IMG/VR virus record: IMGVR_UViG_3300027734_000094
Location: 1-53,672 of that record
Strand: one strand, 5' to 3'
Source of the DNA: a virus
Taxonomy: Duplodnaviria > Caudoviricetes
DNA length: 53,672 nt
In this document: positions 26,715 to 34,497 of the stretch, piece after piece
Layout of the letters: each line of letters begins with the position of its first letter
Numbering within the stretch: position 1 is the first letter of the stretch
Program-made: the position numbers and the translations under genes
Notes under the pieces: generated by a model
Database searches by the model: none
What the model saw: the letters and a program-made list of their open reading frames with translations, nothing else
What the model was told of the DNA's origin: nothing

Positions 26715-28589
26715 TTAGTTAGCCTGCATGATAACCCAGTTGGTGCCGTCACTCACCAGCGTAGCGAACTTACCATCAGTGGCTGCAAGAATGGCTGTAC
26801 CCGCTGCAGTCGAGTTCATGGGTACCACATTAGACGACGCTGAGATAACCGTATGCGGCTGCACGTTCTTGACCGTCAGGATACGCCCAGTGAACGAAGC
26901 TGCTGCAGGTAGTGTCAGGGTGACGGTACCATTTCTATTGGCGATGATCCAGTTGTCGGCAATACCAACAGTGTAGGTAGCATCAGTGACCGTAACTGGC
27001 GCGTTGTAACCAACCGCACCACTGACAGCGAGTGCCTGAGTAGGTGCAGAATTACCTACACCGACATACCCATCGCTAGTGATGCGCAGCCGCTCGACGG
27101 GACCCACACTAGCCGAGGTATTATCGGCGGTACCAAACACAATTGCTGCATCGGGGGTGGGGGTTTCCGTAACGACAGTGATGAATGCTTTGGGGCCAGC
27201 ACCCGGTGAGGAACTGTCCGCACTATACCAATCAATCGTACCGAGCTGCTGGTTAGCGCCAACAAAAGTACCCGTGTCGTGGAACCGGATGCGATTAGCA
27301 GCTTGGGGTACCGTAGCAATTGTTATGGGGGAGCCCGAACTACCTACCGTCTGGCTAATCGAAACCTTATAGGGGCCGACACCGCCAATTGAAGGCGGTG
27401 TAACCTCGGTGATATACGTCCCTACAGCAATACCGGGACCCCAAATAGGTTGCCCAACTGCTAGCGTACCAGTGGCTCCAGCCGTAACAGTAAGGGTAAT
27501 ACCTGAGATATACCCCGTGACATCGGTACCATTCTGGAAAGCTGTTAGCGCAATTTTTGCAGTAGTCGTATCGCCCGGTACACCGCCGAGGTAGAGGCTA
27601 CCGTTGAGGTAGTTAGCCGCAGTGCTTGACGCGTAGAAGTTCCATGCTGAGCCGCCACCAGTAGCAATAGGGACCTCGCTACGGAAACCATATACAGTCT
27701 TACCCGCTGTGATTGCTGCAGCGCCGGGGTTGCCCATGCGGAAGCCATAGTTAGTAGCTGCGCTTTTGAAGCCGTTCGAAACAGCATATCCCGTCTGTTC
27801 TGTGATAGTGCTGTCTACGTTATACGTACCCTCGCCGATGCCGTTATGGTAGAGTTCAGCAATAGTGTACCCAGTACCACCATTACCTGCAGTATTCAGG
27901 GCACTGTAATAGCCTCGTGCTACAGTGACGACATCTGGCTGAATAATACTAATGAGGCTGAGCGCCTGCGCGTTCCCGCCGACACCAGTGACTGGCAACC
28001 TGAAAAGAACCGATGCTGTGGTGCCGATGTCACCGCCGATAGAGACCTTGGTCCCGTTATCTTGGACGGAGCTCAGTGCCAGTGCACCCGTACCGTTGCC
28101 CTTAAGCAGATAGTTAGCAGTGAATGTAGCCGCACCCGTGCCGCCACTAGCGACTGGCAGTGCAGCGCCCAGCGTGAGGGACGTAAGGTAATTTACTGCA
28201 TCTACAACGTTGGTACCATCGTTATATACCCACGTGGTCTTACCGGTGGGGACGGCGATGCCGGTGCCCGTAGCATTTTTGACCGTAACCGTGCCGTCAG
28301 TGCCGTTGTTGATGATGTACGGCTTCTCAATGGCGGGCACAGTCAGATTGCGGCTAGGCCCACTCAAGGTACCGGCCAGATCGAGACGTACGTTACGCGC
28401 GGGCTGAGAGGCATTGCTATCTACGAGGTCTAGCGTCCTGCTAACGCCCGCGAATGTAACGGTCGCAGAGCCAACAATAGCCTCTTCAAGAGCTGTACCT
28501 AGGTTAATATTAGTAATAGCGCCCCACGTGGTGTTGTTCTCACCAGTGGCCATCAGCTGAATTTTCAGGCTGCTGTAGGTACTAGGCAT
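26715..28589 (-). CDS. tail fibre protein
   Basis: MPSTYS..GEN..TWG N-terminus, LPVASGGTGA, ERLRITSDG.VGVG; T/G/A-rich. Confidence 0.8.
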   Translation of the reverse strand: MPSTYSSLKIQLMATGENNTTWGAITNINLGTALEEAIVGSATVTFAGVSRTLDLVDSNASQPARNVRLDLAGTLSGPSRNLTVPAIEKPYIINNGTDGTVTVKNATGTGIAVPTGKTTWVYNDGTNVVDAVNYLTSLTLGAALPVASGGTGAATFTANYLLKGNGTGALALSSVQDNGTKVSIGGDIGTTASVLFRLPVTGVGGNAQALSLISIIQPDVVTVARGYYSALNTAGNGGTGYTIAELYHNGIGEGTYNVDSTITEQTGYAVSNGFKSAATNYGFRMGNPGAAAITAGKTVYGFRSEVPIATGGGSAWNFYASSTAANYLNGSLYLGGVPGDTTTAKIALTAFQNGTDVTGYISGITLTVTAGATGTLAVGQPIWGPGIAVGTYITEVTPPSIGGVGPYKVSISQTVGSSGSPITIATVPQAANRIRFHDTGTFVGANQQLGTIDWYSADSSSPGAGPKAFITVVTETPTPDAAIVFGTADNTSASVGPVERLRITSDGYVGVGNSAPTQALAVSGAVGYNAPVTVTDATYTVGIADNWIIANRNGTVTLTLPAAASFTGRILTVKNVQPHTVISASSNVVPMNSTAAGTAILAATDGKFATLVSDGTNWVIMQAN

Positions 28590-28598
28590 ATTTCTTCC

Positions 28599-30926
28599 TC
28601 ATGTAGGTATCTGCGTCCAGATAACGGTATTCCCATCTGCTACCGGGACCCAGCTACCAGATTGAGAGTCGTCCACCGGCCCCCAGTTAGGAGTTTGGTT
28701 ATCGTTGATCTGGCCCCATACAAGAACACCGGCAATGCTACCCGACGCCTGTACACCTAACGGATATACATTAGAATTGCCAACCTCGCTAGTCTCACCC
28801 AGCAATGCCGAAGCCGTTGTGCCACCTAGGTAAACCTCGGTAGATACAGATACGCCCCCATTTACGGTATCTGCTACGGATATAGTCTCAGCTACTGCGC
28901 CGGAGGCAGTGCTGGATGCGCTCTGCGCGTCAGTGGGTGTAGCAGTCTCAGCTACTGCACCGGAGGTAGTGATGGATGCGCTCTGCGCGTCAGTGGGTGT
29001 AGCAGTCTCAGCTACTGCACCGGAGACAGCGCTGGATGCGCTCTGCGCGTCCGTAAGGGTAGCAGTCTCGGCCACTGCGCCGGAGACAGCGCTGGATGCG
29101 CTCTGCGCGTCCGTAAGGGTAGCAGTCTCGGCCACTGCGCCGGAGACAGTGCTGGATGCGCTCTGCGCGTCCGTAAGGGTAGCAGTCTCGGCCACTGCGC
29201 CGGAGGCAGTGCTGGATGCGCTCTGCGCGTCCGTAAGGGTAGCAGTCTCGGCCACTGCGCCGAAGGCAGTGCTGGATGCGCTCTGCGCGTCCGTAAGGGT
29301 AGCAGTCTCGGCCACTGCGCCGAAGGCAGTGCTGGATGCGCTCTGCGTGTCCGTAGGTGTAGCAGTCTCGGCTACAGTAGATGCTGCAGGTGCAGCAAAG
29401 TTGATCCCGGTGTTGCCACCGCCATCGGTATTGCCATTAGAGGTGTAAGCGTTCCACACAGCACCGCCCGTCGCGGTGATATCGCGGAAGGTCATCCCGG
29501 TGAAATTGACCGTGCCAGATGCCTTACTGATCGTCGCCGGGGTGCCGTTGGTCGCCGAGCGCAGGGTGCTGTTTGTCAGCGTAACAGTCGTAACGGTTGT
29601 CGTTTGGGACGCGGGGAGTTCGAGTACGCCAGTCGAGGCTTGGATCGTGCCAAGAACGGGGCTCGAACCCGAAAGCGTCAAGGTGCCAGCGGAGTTGATG
29701 ACGGTCAGGTTGGCGCTGTTCGCATTGCTCAAAGTGCGCGTTGCGGCGGTCGTGAACTCGATAATCGAGTTTGCACCAAAGGTTCCGCCAACGACGTCAC
29801 TCGTGCTGGTGCCAGTGACGACAATCCTGCCGCCGCTCATATTTATAGTCGGGAAGCTTACGTCAAACGTGCCGAGGGTAATAGACCCCACGGTAAGTGT
29901 ATAGGTTCCGATGTTAAGTGTTGAGCTATCAACGAAATTCAATGCTGTGGCACTGACATCGCTGCCAAGAGTGGTGGTTACAGTGGTCCCAGAGCTTATA
30001 TAGGATGCCAGTTGGCCCCCAAGTGTGCGCCCGTTGGTTATCAGCGTGCCATCGACGACCAACGCGCCGCTGCCGGTCCAGCCCCCAGACCCGCCGCCAA
30101 GGCCAGTGGGGATCGTAAAGCTCGAAAAGACCGCCGTACCCGAGTTGGAGATCGTGCCGGTGAAGCCACTCAGAGTGAGTGACGATACTGCGCCCGAAGC
30201 CGTAATTGTTGGCGCGCTGCTGGAGCTAGTCAACGTCAGGGCAACGCGCGAAGTCCCTGCCGAAACTGTGGTTGAGAACGCGGCGGTGTTGACCGTCACC
30301 GCTCCGGGGTTGGTCGTGGTGCCTGCAAGGCTCAAGACGGTTCCGGTAGCAGTCGCGTTGATGACAGCCGAGCCGGTGGTGCCGAAGTTGACTGTCGCGC
30401 CCGATACGGACGACAGGGCGGAGGCGGTCAGCACCTTGCCGTTGATTAGCAGCGAAGCGCCGCTGGTACTGAGCGTGACGGCACCGACTGTGCTGAAATC
30501 ACTGCCAAGCGTGACGTTGGAACTGGCTGAATTGAGCGTCAAGGCCGCGCCAAGAGCCACGCCGTTGGTGTTGAGTGTGTTGGTCGAAGCGCCAACAGTT
30601 ATCGTGCCAGTCCAGCCTGTGGCTGTCACCCCGCTGGCGGCGATGGTCAACCCACCCGCGCCGAGAGACATGTTGCTGGCGTTGACGAACGTCAGTGTGC
30701 CGCTCGACGGTGCGGCAAGGCTCAGACTTCGGATGCCCGTCCCTACGGTGCGGGTCGCGGTATAAGACGCAGAGGAGGTCGCGCTGTCGAACGTGACATC
30801 ATCGGAAGCGCCCGGTACTGCTTGCCCGCCCGCACCGCCCGATGTCAGCGCCCATTTAAGACCAACGGTGGCGTTCCACGCAAAAGCGCCTGCAACAACG
30901 CCAGTTGATACAGCGAACCGAGCCAT
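28599..30926 (-). CDS. Ser/Thr-rich adhesin-like tail protein with 20-aa repeat stalk
   Basis: W..TSGGAGG..VP...DDV.FD N-terminus; repeats AVAETATLTDAQSASS. Confidence 0.7.
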   Translation of the reverse strand: MARFAVSTGVVAGAFAWNATVGLKWALTSGGAGGQAVPGASDDVTFDSATSSASYTATRTVGTGIRSLSLAAPSSGTLTFVNASNMSLGAGGLTIAASGVTATGWTGTITVGASTNTLNTNGVALGAALTLNSASSNVTLGSDFSTVGAVTLSTSGASLLINGKVLTASALSSVSGATVNFGTTGSAVINATATGTVLSLAGTTTNPGAVTVNTAAFSTTVSAGTSRVALTLTSSSSAPTITASGAVSSLTLSGFTGTISNSGTAVFSSFTIPTGLGGGSGGWTGSGALVVDGTLITNGRTLGGQLASYISSGTTVTTTLGSDVSATALNFVDSSTLNIGTYTLTVGSITLGTFDVSFPTINMSGGRIVVTGTSTSDVVGGTFGANSIIEFTTAATRTLSNANSANLTVINSAGTLTLSGSSPVLGTIQASTGVLELPASQTTTVTTVTLTNSTLRSATNGTPATISKASGTVNFTGMTFRDITATGGAVWNAYTSNGNTDGGGNTGINFAAPAASTVAETATPTDTQSASSTAFGAVAETATLTDAQSASSTAFGAVAETATLTDAQSASSTASGAVAETATLTDAQSASSTVSGAVAETATLTDAQSASSAVSGAVAETATLTDAQSASSAVSGAVAETATPTDAQSASITTSGAVAETATPTDAQSASSTASGAVAETISVADTVNGGVSVSTEVYLGGTTASALLGETSEVGNSNVYPLGVQASGSIAGVLVWGQINDNQTPNWGPVDDSQSGSWVPVADGNTVIWTQIPT
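28884..29375. repeat. 60-bp tandem repeat, about 8 near-identical units
   Basis: Successive 60-nt lines align almost base for base. Confidence 0.95.
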
Positions 30927-30954
30927 TTATGCCTCCTACCTCATGCGGAGGCCG

Positions 30955-31506
30955 TTACAAAGACAGCGTGTATGTGACGCTAAGGGTATCCCCGCTCACC
31001 AGAGAGCGATCACCCCCCGTGAAAAGACCTTCTGAGAACAGAATACCCGTTGTGCCGCCCTTAGTATTATTGGAGATAAGGAAGCAGCCTTTGATCGTAA
31101 CGGTAGCATTGATTGAGAACGCCACAGCTGCCGACGTAGTTTTCGAACCTGCTGAAGCCGCAGAGAACGAAGGTGCGGGACGTGTAGCTTCTGAGTAGGC
31201 AGTAGATTCAGTCCAACCCGCGTGCGAGGCCGCAGTATCAGCAGCCGACAACGCACTGTAACCAGTGGAACTGATCAACCCGAGGTACCATGCAGCAGTG
31301 TAGGCCGAGCCCGATAGGTACTTGTCGAGCATGTCGTTCTTGCCGACCGTGGTGACGAGGTTGTGGATCGTCTCCGACCACTTGATATTGCCATCGGCAT
31401 CACGGCACTCGATAGTGTACGTACCTACGGGGTTAACCATCTCACCGCTAAACCCCGAGCGCCCGATACCAGCCCCGAGCGCATCGCGCGCATTCATCTT
31501 TTCCAT
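30955..31506 (-). CDS. virion structural protein
   Basis: KW....NLV...G...L, WYLGL, GILFS...F; common tail-module protein. Confidence 0.7.
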   Translation of the reverse strand: MEKMNARDALGAGIGRSGFSGEMVNPVGTYTIECRDADGNIKWSETIHNLVTTVGKNDMLDKYLSGSAYTAAWYLGLISSTGYSALSAADTAASHAGWTESTAYSEATRPAPSFSAASAGSKTTSAAVAFSINATVTIKGCFLISNNTKGGTTGILFSEGLFTGGDRSLVSGDTLSVTYTLSL

Positions 31507-31688
31507 TACTGAGTACCCCCTTCAAGCTGGGTCTCAAGGAACCAGCGCTGCTGCATGCTACCCTCGGCGTCCGCGTAACGGACAAGATGACGGAGGCCAC
31601 CGCTGTCGCGGTCGTACTCGGTGTCTATAACTTCGCCTTGGATAACAGGCTGGATGAGGCGAACCACGTCTCCGGTATTAAACGCCAT
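31506..31688 (-). CDS. small SH3-like hypothetical protein
   Basis: MAFNTGDVVRL..WF.E.QLE; coupled to next gene. Confidence 0.6.
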   Translation of the reverse strand: MAFNTGDVVRLIQPVIQGEVIDTEYDRDSGGLRHLVRYADAEGSMQQRWFLETQLEGGTQ

Positions 31689-31869
31689 CGATCTTACCCT
31701 TCTTATTCGTGCGCTTGGACTTAACTGACCACATAGCCGCAGCGATTGCGGCAAGTGCGCCGGCAAGCGACACAGCGGTCTCGGAGTCAACCCAACCACG
31801 AGCTACAGCGAAGCCGCCCACAGCCGCGAGAAGGTTACGCGTTACACCGTAAATTTCTTCCTTGGTCAT
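31678..31869 (-). CDS. putative holin
   Basis: 63 aa, two hydrophobic segments, basic C-terminus, GGAG RBS, directly after endolysin. Confidence 0.7.
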   Translation of the reverse strand: MTKEEIYGVTRNLLAAVGGFAVARGWVDSETAVSLAGALAAIAAAMWSVKSKRTNKKGKIDGV

Positions 31870-31870
31870 C

Positions 31871-32263
31871 TTATTTCTCCTTCGGATACGCCTTCCAAGG
31901 CAGCTCCCAATGCGGGCCGTCCTTGAAAGTGCGCCAGTCACCGCCCCACTGGATCGGGACGTTCTCTGCCTTCGCCGCGTCCTTCACGACCGCAGCAAGC
32001 TGATGGTACAACGGCCAGTCCCAACGGACAGTGCCGCCAATCATGGGTGCCAGATCAACCGCGTGGCCAGTCAAGTGGCGGGAGTTCATCGTCTTAGTAG
32101 CACCAGCAGCCATGAGCTGCTTCTGCCGGTCAAGCGTGCGCAACCCCTCCAGCACGGTGAAGTCGAGCGGCGACATGGCCACAGCCTTCTTGACGACGCG
32201 GACTAGATCAGGGTGAACCCCTTCAAGCCGCAACAGCGAACGTTGACCTAACACAATAGCCAT
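31871..32263 (-). CDS. endolysin, M15 family (L-Ala-D-Glu) peptidase
   Basis: EGLRT..RQ, SRHLTGHAVD, WGGDW..FKDGPHWEL. Confidence 0.92.
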   Translation of the reverse strand: MAIVLGQRSLLRLEGVHPDLVRVVKKAVAMSPLDFTVLEGLRTLDRQKQLMAAGATKTMNSRHLTGHAVDLAPMIGGTVRWDWPLYHQLAAVVKDAAKAENVPIQWGGDWRTFKDGPHWELPWKAYPKEK

Positions 32264-32628
32264 TACATCAGGTTCCTGAGCTTATAAGTGGTGGTGAGAT
32301 ACACGCCGGTCACGCTATCTACCAGATTGGCGACCGCACGGTTACCCCTGCAAATCTTCTCGTGGTTCTTCTCGATCCACTCCGCGTCCTCGACGAGGAT
32401 CATCAGGATATCCTCAGCCTTGGTCTTGGGGGCAGGGATGGTACCCACCAGTTCAAACGCACCCTGATACGCCTCTACCAGAGTATCGATAGCCTCAATA
32501 ACCTCGTCGTAGAACGCGCCGAGCGCCTGATGCCGCGCATAACCACCAACACCATGAGCACGCCAATGCTCAAAGTGGGCCACGTTACGGGCATAGAAGA
32601 CGCGGGCGATGAGCTCTTCGATCATCAT
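32263..32628 (-). CDS. ferritin/Dps-like four-helix protein
   Basis: H..HW....YA.H.ALG.FYD.....D.LVEAYQG. Confidence 0.7.
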   Translation of the reverse strand: MMIEELIARVFYARNVAHFEHWRAHGVGGYARHQALGAFYDEVIEAIDTLVEAYQGAFELVGTIPAPKTKAEDILMILVEDAEWIEKNHEKICRGNRAVANLVDSVTGVYLTTTYKLRNLM

Positions 32629-33098
32629 GCGATCCGGATGATGGCGGTGGTGCTAGTCGGCGCAGGGAAGATGATGGTAAAGTCACCAACCGTAGACGTT
32701 TTATCCGAACCAAAGTCCAGCACGCACACCGTAGGGTTCGTCAGGGTGGTACCTGAGTTAGAGAGTGCCGAAGGCGTGGCATTATAAATCAGCGCCCCGC
32801 GAGCCGTGATCGTCGAAACAGAAAAGGTAAGGTCGGAGAAGTCTGTAAACCCCGTGCCACTCGATTCAGTACCGTTCGAGGTAGTAACCCCGAGACGGGT
32901 GAGCGTGCCACCACCAGCGGTGTAACCCGTGCCAGTGACTTCGTTGGTTGCCGTATAGGCAGTTGTGTTGGCGTTAAGTGTAGCCACCGACGTATACAGC
33001 GCCAGCTTGAAGGTGTCGCCACCAGTAACGCGGAAGTCGTGCACACCGAGCATAAGCTCAGCTTTAAAGCTAGTGCACATGGATTGCGTAAGCGCCAT
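32625..33098 (-). CDS. virion structural protein
   Basis: CTSFK.EL..G.HDF, FKLALY, GYTAGG, VLDFGSDK. Confidence 0.75.
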   Translation of the reverse strand: MALTQSMCTSFKAELMLGVHDFRVTGGDTFKLALYTSVATLNANTTAYTATNEVTGTGYTAGGGTLTRLGVTTSNGTESSGTGFTDFSDLTFSVSTITARGALIYNATPSALSNSGTTLTNPTVCVLDFGSDKTSTVGDFTIIFPAPTSTTAIIRIA

Positions 33099-33108
33099 TC
33101 TGGCCTCC

Positions 33109-33393
33109 TTATACGTCGAGGATCGGGATCAGCTCTGGGTGCCCCGCCTGCATGAACTTGTTTGTCAGGGTGACGTTATGTGAGCGTACTACCTCGTGCA
33201 TATAATGGATCAGCACATTGCGGATGTTATCCTTGAAAGCTTCGGCCTGCTCGCGGATCGCCGGGTGCGCGCTGCTTCCGACATAGATGATTTTGTCGAG
33301 GGCGCGTTCAGCGATCTCTTCGGGCGTGGAACCACGACCACTAGTGGCCATGACCATAACGTCCCCAATGCTACCTGTTGCCGGATCAAACAT
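33109..33393 (-). CDS. hypothetical protein
   Basis: 94-aa ORF tiled in operon, GAGGTGA RBS. Confidence 0.7.
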   Translation of the reverse strand: MFDPATGSIGDVMVMATSGRGSTPEEIAERALDKIIYVGSSAHPAIREQAEAFKDNIRNVLIHYMHEVVRSHNVTLTNKFMQAGHPELIPILDV

Positions 33394-33394
33394 A

Positions 33395-34054
33395 TCACCT
33401 CACCGGATAGCGGACTTGGCCGCTACGATACACATCCTGACGGTTCTTGCCTTCACCAAACTGTTTCAGCATAGCTAGCGCATCATCGTACCGCTTCTGG
33501 TACTCGGCCATGACATCGTTCTCACCCTTCATGAAGGTATATGCCTCAAGTAGGGAGCCGTAGAGCAACACGCTATCAAAGTTATCACCGAGCCACGACG
33601 TCCCTGCGGTCACAATGGACGGAGGATAATAGAAGTAGTGTAGCTCTATAGCGTAGTTCGCGTCGGGGGTCGGACCTAGGATAAACGAGTTCTCGTCAAA
33701 ATAGGCATAGCAGTAGGGGAGCCCTCTGTCGTTCGGGTTCGGATAGGCCTGCCGGATGAAGTTGACATCCTTATTGAGTAGATACTCATAGTTCCCGCTG
33801 CCATCTATGACGGCGATAGAGAAGGTAGAGAGCCAGTCAGTGGGGACAGAAAGGTACTTGTTCGATGCCGTGCAGTTGCCGGTTACGTTCTTACGTAGGT
33901 CCAGCAGCTGGACTGAATTAAATATACGCTGCTCGGCTTCCTTGATGAAGGTATCAATCTGCTCAGCAGACGTCAAACCCCCGATACCAGCGGTATTGGG
34001 GAACTGGTTTTCCGTATAGGACCTAATTGACGCTGCGAGCTTGGTGTAGTTCAT
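33395..34054 (-). CDS. putative head-tail adaptor / tail tubular protein
   Basis: MNY..L...I, FI..AE.RI, GPTPD, LLYGSL.EA. Confidence 0.7.
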   Translation of the reverse strand: MNYTKLAASIRSYTENQFPNTAGIGGLTSAEQIDTFIKEAEQRIFNSVQLLDLRKNVTGNCTASNKYLSVPTDWLSTFSIAVIDGSGNYEYLLNKDVNFIRQAYPNPNDRGLPYCYAYFDENSFILGPTPDANYAIELHYFYYPPSIVTAGTSWLGDNFDSVLLYGSLLEAYTFMKGENDVMAEYQKRYDDALAMLKQFGEGKNRQDVYRSGQVRYPVR

Positions 34055-34221
34055 CAGCCCATCTTCTTGCTGTGCCCGGTACCCTTGGTAGCCGCACCCG
34101 TGCCGCGCATCTTCTGCGTCTGGGTGTTAGCAACCGTGTTGGGGTAGCCGTTGTTGCCCATCGGGCCCGAGTACGACTTAGGCTGGCCATACTTGCCAAT
34201 GTCCTTGGTGTGCTCAGCCAT
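34054..34221 (-). CDS. small basic protein ending RGTGAATKGTGHSKKMG
   Basis: Start MAEHTK at 34221 overlapping upstream stop; tail resembles the array tag. Confidence 0.65.
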   Translation of the reverse strand: MAEHTKDIGKYGQPKSYSGPMGNNGYPNTVANTQTQKMRGTGAATKGTGHSKKMG

Positions 34222-34339
34222 TCTTATTGACCTTCCCCATATCCTTCGAAGGCTTCTTGCCCGACTTCTGGTTGGCAATCTTGGCGAGATTGCGCCCCAT
34301 CTTCTTCATCTGCGAGTTGGTCTTACCACCTTTGGCCAT
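34214..34339 (-). CDS. 41-aa basic peptide starting MAKGG, absent from ORF track
   Basis: Hand translation MAKGGKTNSQMKKMGRNLAKIANQKSGKKPSKDMGKVNKNG; AGGAG RBS. Confidence 0.65.
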   Translation of the reverse strand: MAKGGKTNSQMKKMGRNLAKIANQKSGKKPSKDMGKVNKNG

Positions 34340-34497
34340 GTCTCACTCCTAGTATGCTTGGTTAGAAATATACCATACGTCCCCGAGCCTGCCTAGGCTC
34401 TGATGTAGCCTAAGGCAGTACAGAAATATTGCCCCCTATACCCGAACCGCCGACCCAGTAGCGAAATGCCATTAGCTGGTGCTCCTACTTGAGGGGG

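Noticed and set aside
28884-29375. Possible CRISPR array
   Set aside because: Contiguous in-frame 60-bp units with no unique spacers; a coding repeat
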